NCBI GenBank assembly: GCA_963734545.1
Contig: CAVTHO010000004.1
Coordinates: forward strand, 1-64,000
DNA: 64,000 nucleotides
Direction of reading: 5' to 3'
Origin: an uncultured Spirochaetota bacterium
GTDB lineage: Bacteria > Spirochaetota > Spirochaetia > SZUA-6 > Fen-1364
Part shown: one piece after another, positions 56,703-64,000 of the stretch
Position numbering within the stretch: the stretch's first letter is position 1
Layout of the letters: each line of letters begins with the position of its first letter
Program-made: the position numbers and the translations under genes
Notes under the pieces: generated by a model
Seen by the model: the letters and a program-made list of their open reading frames with translations, nothing else
The model's database searches: none
Told to the model about the DNA's origin: nothing

Positions 56703-58059
56703 CCTCCCGGCGCACCTTGTCCGCCCGTACCGTGGCGTTCTCGATTGCCAGGAGCTCCAGCTTGATGCTGCGGGCCGGGCTCCGCCGCTCCTGCACGGCA
56801 CGCACCTGGAACAGGGCGTTCAATCCCTCCATGCGCCGGTAGACGCGGCGCACGTGGTGGAGCTGCCAGTCGAGAAAATCCCCCAGCTGCTCCTGGGTCT
56901 TTTCCTGGATCCGCCGGGATTCGGGATTCGAGTCATCCAGGGTCTCGGAGAGCATGCCCGCCACATCGCGCAGCTCCGCGGCGAATTTCAGGAAGTCGAC
57001 GGATTCCATTCGCGGCTCCGCGCTCTGGGTTCTCCTGACCTCGATCTCGTAGAACCGGTGCTCGATGGTGCCCAGGCTCTTGCGGAACCATCGCCGGATG
57101 CGCTGGAAGAAGGTAAGGCTGTACTTTTCCAGCGCCCGCTCATTGGCAATGAGTACCGCCTCCGCCCGGCTTATCTCCTCGTTCGTCCTGCAAAGCCCCC
57201 GGATGGCATCGAGGAGCTCGGGGCGGCGATCCAGGGGAACCGGTGCCTGCACCACCGGCGCCTTGGGAATCGCGAGCGAGGTCAGCAGCTTCTCCTGGCG
57301 CGCGAGGGCGTCTTCCGATGTCTCCTCCGCCAGGATCTCCTGTGCGAGCTCGGGGTACCAGACTCCCTCCGGCAGGTACTGGTCGAAAGCGCGTTTGAAA
57401 TAGAGAAGCTCCTCCTCGGGGTTCCGTCCGGCGGCAGGGCCGACGGGCGCCTGACGCGCAAGCACCTTCAGGCGCGCATCGACCTTCCACGCCTCGCGAT
57501 GCCACGCCTCCAGCTCGGCAACCTGTGACCTGATCTGCGGCATCAGCTTCTCCACCTGGGAGTGTGATTCGCTGATCACGCGCGCGGACAAGGCGTCCGT
57601 GCTGATCCGCACCCGGGACGTCAGCCGCGCCAGGGCACGCGTGGTATGGCTCCGCGATACCTCCCCGTAGCCGTCCCAGTCGACGTAGGAGACGAGCGCG
57701 GATATCTTCTTGAGCCCCGGCAGGTCGGAGGCGGCGAGCGTGGCGGGAAATCCCAGCACCATGAGCTCGAGCTGGCGGCGAAACGCGGACACGCGGACGC
57801 TCAATTCATCCGCTTCAAGGGCTTCGGGGATCGGAGTGTCCGGGGGAGTCAGGGCGCCCTTTGCGTTTCCCTCATATTCGTACGGATCCTCCCGCATGAG
57901 TCCCTTTTTGACGAGCGTCCCGATGATTGTCTCGAAGAGATTGCGATACGTGCGCAGCGCGTCCCGAAGCGGCAGGAGCCGCGTTGTCTCGAGCCAGCGG
58001 CCGCGGGCCGCGAGCGCCGCTTCCAGCCGAGGGAGGAAATCTCCGGTTCCATCGCCCAT
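56674..58059 (-). CDS. hypothetical protein (461 aa, helical)
   Basis: Long intact ORF downstream of mfd; no motif recognised. Confidence 0.7.
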   Translation of the reverse strand: MGDGTGDFLPRLEAALAARGRWLETTRLLPLRDALRTYRNLFETIIGTLVKKGLMREDPYEYEGNAKGALTPPDTPIPEALEADELSVRVSAFRRQLELMVLGFPATLAASDLPGLKKISALVSYVDWDGYGEVSRSHTTRALARLTSRVRISTDALSARVISESHSQVEKLMPQIRSQVAELEAWHREAWKVDARLKVLARQAPVGPAAGRNPEEELLYFKRAFDQYLPEGVWYPELAQEILAEETSEDALARQEKLLTSLAIPKAPVVQAPVPLDRRPELLDAIRGLCRTNEEISRAEAVLIANERALEKYSLTFFQRIRRWFRKSLGTIEHRFYEIEVRRTQSAEPRMESVDFLKFAAELRDVAGMLSETLDDSNPESRRIQEKTQEQLGDFLDWQLHHVRRVYRRMEGLNALFQVRAVQERRSPARSIKLELLAIENATVRADKVRREVNPKQEAEG

Positions 58060-58092
58060 GCACAGGATTATATGACAGGAGGCCGCTCATTG

Positions 58093-61000
58093 CTACGACA
58101 CGAGCAATGCGAGCCTGTCCTTGAGGAATTCGGATTTCTCCCGCAGCCCGATGGGGCCAGTCTTCAAAAGAAGGAAATTCGGCATCTGGGGATCCAGCGT
58201 CACGCGCCCGCCGCCCTCCCTCACCATGCGCACGATCTTGTCAATGGACACCTTCGAGAGTCTCGAGAACTCCACGCGCAGCGTGCCCTTTTCCTCCTTG
58301 ATGGAAGTGATGAAGAGCTTCCGGCAGATCACGCGGATCTCCGCCAGGGCCAGGACGCTGTGCACCTCGTCCGGGATGGGCCCGAACCGATCCTCGATCT
58401 CCTTGTAGACCCGGTCGAACTCCTCCTCGGTGGTGATCGCGGCGATCTTCTTGTACACGCCCATCTTCTCCATGGCATCGGGTATGTAGGAGTCGGGAAT
58501 GAATCCTGAATACTCCAGGTCCATGAAGACTTCCGGAGCCTCGTCACGACTCTCACGGGAGAGGGCGGCCACCGCTTCGTCGAGCATCTTGAGATACAGG
58601 TCGTAGCCCACGGAAAGGATGTAGCCGTGCTGCTCCCTGCCCAGGATGTTCCCCGCGCCGCGGATCTCCAGGTCCTTGAGCGCGATCTTGAACCCGGATC
58701 CGAGCTCCGTATGGTCCGAGATGATGCGCAGGCGCTTCATCGAGATCTCGCTCAGCGCGCGGCGGTCGGGGTAGAACAGGTACGCGTACGCGGTGATGCC
58801 GGCGCGCCCCACCCTGCCCCGCAGCTGGTAGAGCTGGGAAACGCCCAGCATGTCCGCCCGGTCGATGATGATGGTGTTCACGTTCGGGATATCCAGGCCG
58901 TTCTCGATGATGGTGGTGGTGAGGAGCATCTGGCGCTCCCCGTGCACGAAGCTCCGCATCACCTCCTCCAGCTCGTCGTCGTCCATCTGGCCGTGCCCGA
59001 CCGCGATGGAGACCTCCGGCACCAGCATCTGCAGGGACAGATGGATGGCCTGGATCGTTTCCACCCTGTTGTGGAGATAGAAGATCTGCCCTCCCCGGTC
59101 TATTTCCTGCCGTATGGCCCGGGCAACGAGCTCTTCATTGTACTCCATCACGTAGGTCTCGATGGGCAGGCGGTTCTGCGGCGCCGTGTTGAGGATCGAC
59201 ATGTCGCGCACCTTCATCAGCGACATGTTGAGCGTGCGGGGGATGGGAGTGGCCGTCAGGGTGAGGCAGTCCACGGAGGTCTTGATCTGCTTGAGGCGTT
59301 CCTTGTGCTTGACCCCGAAGCGCTGCTCCTCGTCCACCACGAGCAGCCCCAGGTTCCTGAACTTCACGTCCTTCTGTATGAGCCTGTGGGTGCCAATGGC
59401 GATGTCGACTGTCCCCTCCGCAATTGCCGCGATGGCCGTCTTCAGCTCCCGGGCCGAGCGGAACCGGGAGAGCATGGCGATCTTCACCGGATAGCGCCCG
59501 AACCGGTCCTGGAAGGTCTCGAAGTGCTGCTCCACGAGAATCGTCGTGGGAGCCAGCAGCGCAACCTGCTTGCCGCCCATCACGGCCTTGAATGCCGCCC
59601 GCAGCGCGATCTCCGTCTTGCCGTAGCCCACGTCGCCGCAGACCAGGCGATCCATCGGCGTGGGCTTCTCCATGTCGCTCTTCACGTCCTCGATGCACTT
59701 GAGCTGATCCTCGGTCTCCTGGTAAGGAAAGGCGGCCTCGAATTCGCTCTGCCAGTCGGTGTCCGCGGCGAAAGCGAATCCGGGATCCGCCTTGCGGCGG
59801 GAGTAGAGCTCCAGCAGCCCTTCGGCCAGCTCCTCGACCGCCTTCTTCGCCTTCTCTTTTCTGTGCTGCCAGCCCTTGCCTCCCAGGCTGTCGAGCCGCG
59901 GCGCTTTTCCTTCCTGCCCGATGTAGCGCTGGATGAGGTTGACCTGCTCGATGGGGATGAAGAGCTTCTCCGATTCCGCATATTCCAGCGTGATGTAGTC
60001 CCGCTCATTGCCGGCGGCGGAGATCCGCTCGATGCCGAGGAACGCCCCGATTCCGTAGTTGACGTGCACGACGAAATCCCCCGGGGTGAGCTCCACGAAG
60101 CTCTCTATGGCCGCGCTCTTCACCGCGCCCACCGAACGCGGGATGCGTCTCTTGCGGCCGAAAATCTCCGCCTCCTGGATGGCCAGTATCTTCTGCTCGG
60201 GCAGGGCGAATCCCGCGGATATGCTCTGCGGCAGGATCGTGACCTGCAGGTCCTTCAGGATGTGCCGCAGCCGGTCCGCCTGGACGTCGTACACGGCGAA
60301 AATGAAAACCGCGTACCCGTTTTTCAGCGACGACTCCACCTCCTCGCGGAAAAAAGTGAAATTGCCGAAGAACGACCGGGGGCCGTCCGAGCTGAGCAGG
60401 AACGTCGAAGGGCCGTCAGCGGAGGCCCCGGCAGGGCCGGAGCTCGCGGGCAATGCCGGGAAATCGACCACGCGACGCATGCGCTCCCGCACGTGCGCAA
60501 AGTCGAGCAGTATCTTCTGGGGCCCGGGGACCACCTGCCCGCGGGCACGCGCACGGCGGAACAATTCAAGGTGCTCCTTGCGGAGCGCCGCCGCATAGGT
60601 GGAAAGGCGGTCGCCGTCCACCAGGAAGACACGCGCCGAGTCGGCCAGGAAGTCCATCAGGGAATGCTGCGCGGGGAAGCACAACGGGTAGAAAAGCTCG
60701 ACCCCGCCGAGCTCCTGGTCCTCCATGAAGGCGGTGACAGTATTCTCGACCTCCTGCTCCGAGAAGCCCTGCGCACGCAGGCCGGCGCGCACCGCCTCTG
60801 CCATTCCGCCGTCGAGCAGCACCTCCCGACAGGGGGTGATTTCCACCTTCTCCAGGGAGCCGGTCGAGCCCTGGTCCAGGGGATCGAAGCTGCGAATACC
60901 CGTCACCTCGTCGAAGTCCAGCGTGATCCGCACCGCCTGGTCCTGTCCGGGCGGGTACACGTCGATGACCTCGCCGCGCACCGCGAACTCCCCGTGCACG

Positions 61001-61518
61001 GTGACGGTGGGAACCCGCAGGTAGCCGGCGCGCGCCAGGCGGTCCGCGGTCCGCGGAGGATCCAGGGTCTGCCCGCGGGCGATGGTGAAGATCTGCGCGG
61101 AAAGATAAGCGGGATCCGGCACCGGCGTGAGAAGGGCGCGCAGGGGCGCGACAACCATGAGAGGTTCCCGGGCAAGCAGCCGGGAAAGGATACGCACCCT
61201 GTCCCCGAAAATGGAAACGAGCGGGCTTGCGCCCTCATACGGAGCGGTGCCCCACCAGGGAAAGAGAGCCGCGCGGCCCGAGCCGAACGCGTCCGTGTCC
61301 TGGACGATGTTCTCCGCCTCCCTCTCGGTGGGGGTCACCACGAGGGCGGGACCCTCCTCCCCCGCCTGGAGGAAATCCAGCACCATGGACAGGTAGGCGC
61401 CCTTCGGCCCCGTTACCCGCACGGGCCCTGCGTCTTTCGCGATCGCGGAGGTGAGAGACTTGAATACGCGGGAGGCCGCGAAGTGCCTCTCCATCTGTTT
61501 TCGGAATAAGTTTGTCAC
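58093..61518 (-). CDS. mfd: transcription-repair coupling factor
   Basis: CarD/RID domain, CGDVGYGKTE, DEEQRFG, TATPIPRT, QLRGRVGR, TRCF C-terminus. Confidence 0.97.
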   Translation of the reverse strand: MTNLFRKQMERHFAASRVFKSLTSAIAKDAGPVRVTGPKGAYLSMVLDFLQAGEEGPALVVTPTEREAENIVQDTDAFGSGRAALFPWWGTAPYEGASPLVSIFGDRVRILSRLLAREPLMVVAPLRALLTPVPDPAYLSAQIFTIARGQTLDPPRTADRLARAGYLRVPTVTVHGEFAVRGEVIDVYPPGQDQAVRITLDFDEVTGIRSFDPLDQGSTGSLEKVEITPCREVLLDGGMAEAVRAGLRAQGFSEQEVENTVTAFMEDQELGGVELFYPLCFPAQHSLMDFLADSARVFLVDGDRLSTYAAALRKEHLELFRRARARGQVVPGPQKILLDFAHVRERMRRVVDFPALPASSGPAGASADGPSTFLLSSDGPRSFFGNFTFFREEVESSLKNGYAVFIFAVYDVQADRLRHILKDLQVTILPQSISAGFALPEQKILAIQEAEIFGRKRRIPRSVGAVKSAAIESFVELTPGDFVVHVNYGIGAFLGIERISAAGNERDYITLEYAESEKLFIPIEQVNLIQRYIGQEGKAPRLDSLGGKGWQHRKEKAKKAVEELAEGLLELYSRRKADPGFAFAADTDWQSEFEAAFPYQETEDQLKCIEDVKSDMEKPTPMDRLVCGDVGYGKTEIALRAAFKAVMGGKQVALLAPTTILVEQHFETFQDRFGRYPVKIAMLSRFRSARELKTAIAAIAEGTVDIAIGTHRLIQKDVKFRNLGLLVVDEEQRFGVKHKERLKQIKTSVDCLTLTATPIPRTLNMSLMKVRDMSILNTAPQNRLPIETYVMEYNEELVARAIRQEIDRGGQIFYLHNRVETIQAIHLSLQMLVPEVSIAVGHGQMDDDELEEVMRSFVHGERQMLLTTTIIENGLDIPNVNTIIIDRADMLGVSQLYQLRGRVGRAGITAYAYLFYPDRRALSEISMKRLRIISDHTELGSGFKIALKDLEIRGAGNILGREQHGYILSVGYDLYLKMLDEAVAALSRESRDEAPEVFMDLEYSGFIPDSYIPDAMEKMGVYKKIAAITTEEEFDRVYKEIEDRFGPIPDEVHSVLALAEIRVICRKLFITSIKEEKGTLRVEFSRLSKVSIDKIVRMVREGGGRVTLDPQMPNFLLLKTGPIGLREKSEFLKDRLALLVS

Positions 61519-61560
61519 GGATTCAACCGACTATAATAAGGGGAGAAGGAAGAAACCGTC

Positions 61561-62505
61561 GTGAGAAAAACTATCACCGCCGTCCTCGTGCTCTTCGCAG
61601 TCTCAAGCCCCTTCTGGGCGGCAAGCCAGGATAACCAGCAGTTCAGCATCAGGTTCTTCGATCAAAGGGTGTATTTCCTGGGGGACGAGATCCAGGTCGA
61701 GGCGGTCATCACCAACACCGGCACGGATACGCTTCGGTTCAAGATGGCGGACAACCGCTTCTTCAACATGGATTTCGACGTCCGCACGACACGGAACGTC
61801 GGCCTGGACCACGCCAGGGAGTTTACCATAGAGCGGAACTCGGATCAACCGGTGTTCTTCCGCGAGGTGAGCCTCGAGCCGGGAGAAAAGTACGGTATCG
61901 TGGTGGACCTCACCCAGTTCGCCGCCTTCACCTCGCCCGGCCAGTACGTGCTGCAGGCCGCGTTCTTTCCCGAGCTCTTCCGAGGCCCGGACTCTTCCTC
62001 CATGAAATCCAACAGGCTTTCCCTGAACGTCAAGCCGGCCGCGGCAAGCGCCGAGGAAAAGGCGGCAATGCAGGCGGAGAGCGGCGCCCTGCTGGCGCGC
62101 CAGCCCCTGCCGCCCGACGAGGTGGTGAGCGGGACGGTGTCTGCGCGGCAGAAGAGCCTGTGGGAGCGATTCTTCCTCTACCTGGACCTGGAGTCGCTCA
62201 TGCGGAAGAATCCGGAAAAAGACCGGATATTCCGCAATTCCACCGAGGCCCAGCAGCGCCAGATGGTGGACCAGTTCCGCCAGCAGCTCCGCCAGACGAC
62301 CATCCGGCAGGACATCAGCGTGATTCCCACCTCCTTTGAGATCAGGAAGACCACCTATGACAGCTCCGAGGGGACGGTGGAGGTCCTGGAAAAGTTCAAG
62401 TACCCTGACTACACCGAGCTCAAGGCTTATACATACCACTTGAAGAAGAGGGACCGGTTCTGGATAATCTACGACTACGAAATCAAGAACCTGGGTACCG
62501 AATAA
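61561..62505 (+). CDS. secreted hypothetical protein
   Basis: Signal peptide MRKTITAVLVLFAVSSPFWAA; intact 314 aa. Confidence 0.7.
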   Translation: MRKTITAVLVLFAVSSPFWAASQDNQQFSIRFFDQRVYFLGDEIQVEAVITNTGTDTLRFKMADNRFFNMDFDVRTTRNVGLDHAREFTIERNSDQPVFFREVSLEPGEKYGIVVDLTQFAAFTSPGQYVLQAAFFPELFRGPDSSSMKSNRLSLNVKPAAASAEEKAAMQAESGALLARQPLPPDEVVSGTVSARQKSLWERFFLYLDLESLMRKNPEKDRIFRNSTEAQQRQMVDQFRQQLRQTTIRQDISVIPTSFEIRKTTYDSSEGTVEVLEKFKYPDYTELKAYTYHLKKRDRFWIIYDYEIKNLGTE

Positions 62506-63290
62506 ATGAAGATGATCCTCGTGGCGGCGCGGGACGAGTTCATCACGTCCCTGCGCTACCACCTCAAGCCCCTTGGCTTCACCATCGAGCATTTCTCCGA
62601 CCCATTGCGCGTGATCGAAGAGCTGGACCAGATCAACCCGCAGGCCATCCTCTTTCATGCGGCTGATTTCCCGCGGCACTGGAAACCTCTCCTCCAGCTC
62701 GCCCGGGAGGACAGGCCCCGGGAGGAGCTCATATTCCTGCTCATCGCCCCCCCGGATTTCGAGATCGAGGACGTGCAGAAGGCCGCGCATCTCGGGGTCA
62801 ACGGGATACTGTCGGGAAACCTCGAGGACAAGAAAGAGCTCTATCGCCTGGAGGAGATCGTGCGCCGCTACCGCGCGGTGGAGGACAAGCGCAACTTTAC
62901 CCGGCTGGTTCCGCGGTCGCCGGACGAGCTCGGGTTCGCCTTCACGCATCCCCGCCGCATGGCCCTGGTCACCGGCCGGGTGCGGGAGATCTCCATCCAG
63001 GGTTCCAGCTTCCTTCCCACCCGATCCACGGCCGTGGATGACCTGCCGGCGGGAAGCGAGATCAGGAACTGCTCGCTGAAGATCGAGGACCGCATCATAT
63101 CGGTGACGTGCAAGGTGACCCGCAACCGGGAAGAGCTGGGTTTCCAGTTCCTCACCTTCGAGGAGGGCGGGCACCGCGCGCTGCTGCGCTACATCCAGAC
63201 GCGCGCGGAGCGGGAGCTCAAGAGCGTGACCACGGCTACAAAGTCAGCACGAGCGGCTACAAAGCAGCACGAGGGCTACGAAGCAGCCGT
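62506..63290 (+). CDS. degenerate receiver-like + PilZ domain protein (3' end uncertain)
   Basis: REC-like N-terminus; RNFTR and EISIQG PilZ-like motifs; predicted ORF runs into antisense ftsH, implying an indel near 63240-63290. Confidence 0.65.
63234..63287. repeat. short imperfect tandem repeat at the convergent PilZ/ftsH junction
   Basis: GGCTACAAAGTCAGCACGAGC, GGCTACAAAGCAGCACGAG, GGCTACGAAGCAGC. Confidence 0.7.
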
Positions 63291-64000
63291 CCCCGCTGTC
63301 TTCCCATCCACCAGCTTCAGGAACTCCTCACGGTCCACTACTTCCTTCTCCAGCAGCAGGCGCGGCAAGGGCTTCCACGGTGGCGCGCCTGCTCTCGATG
63401 ATCTGCTTCGCCGTTGCGTGCGCCTTTTCCAGGAACATCTTCACTTCCTCGTCGATCTCCGATGCGATCCTCTCCGAGTACTCCTTCTCCGTCGGGAAGT
63501 AGCTGTCGCCCTTGAGGAAGGGGTTGCGCGGTCTCTCGTAGGAGGAGAGCCCCATGCGGGTGCTCATGCCGTACTCCTTCACCATGGCACGGGCGATGTC
63601 GGTGGCCTTGAACAGGTCGTTCTGGGCGCCGGTGGAGACGTCGTTGAAGAAGACCTCTTCCGCCACGCGCCCTCCCAGCAGCGAGGCAAGCTTTTCTTCC
63701 AGCTCCCGCTTCGTCACCAGGTACCGGTCCTCAGTGGGAAGCTGGATGGTGTAGCCCAGCGCCGCGATGCCGCGCGGCACGATGGAGATCTTCTGCACCG
63801 CATCCGCGCTGCCCAGGCTGTGACCCACGATGGCGTGACCTGATTCGTGGAACGCGACGATCTTCTTCTCATGCGGGCTGATGAGACGCTTCTTCTTCTC
63901 CAGCCCGGCCACCACGCGGTCGATCGCCTCGCTGAACTCGGCCGGCGTGACTTCGGTCTTCGACGCGCCGGGCGGCAAGGAGCGCGGCCTCGTTGACGAT
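63276..64000 (-). CDS. ftsH: ATP-dependent zinc metalloprotease FtsH, 3' part (runs off the window; frameshifted)
   Basis: VNEAAL, AFHESGHA, KISIVPRG..ALGYT, STGAQNDL, LLEKEVVDREEF then TAG at 63276. Confidence 0.93.

Noticed and set aside
58627-61509. 960-aa plus-strand ORF and other long antisense ORFs (e.g. 18057-19433, 61603-63174)
   Set aside because: Exactly antisense to well-supported genes, a common high-GC codon-bias effect, with no recognisable motifs

Overview
High-GC spirochaete (Spirochaetia, Treponema/Spirochaeta-like) chromosome segment, almost certainly from an indel-rich long-read or metagenomic assembly: many genes, including essential adk and rplT, are split by frameshifts. 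From left to right it holds: a six-gene sugar/cyclitol operon (divergent ino1, PfkB kinase, Gfo/Idh/MocA, PPi-type PFK, AllA-like, Zn-ADH); a minus-strand rRNA operon (16S-tRNA-Ile-23S-5S) whose 16S has a 542-bp duplication made of two different alleles; ahcY-small Zn-finger-adk; a TPR lipoprotein divergent from a 1013-aa HEAT-repeat adenylate cyclase; infC-rpmI-rplT-zapB-zapA; a flagellar/c-di-GMP region (PilZ, flaB x2, flaG, fliD, PilZ, tsaE, tsaB, HD-GYP converging on flgN-flgK-flgL-fliW-csrA); trxB-lipoate ligase-nagZ-GNAT; a LacI/ABC/GH94 locus; an mrfAB-like helicase/exonuclease pair; glgC; a histidine kinase; mfd; and the 3' part of ftsH. The most striking unexplained signal is a 24-bp repeat that folds into CAGGA-loop hairpins resembling CsrB. 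It is arrayed at both ends of the HD-GYP gene, and the 3' array lies antisense inside csrA. The flaB, flaB and flaG leaders also carry GGA hairpins and large closed RNA structures. All calls come from reading the sequence and the supplied ORF track; no searches or folding programs were run.
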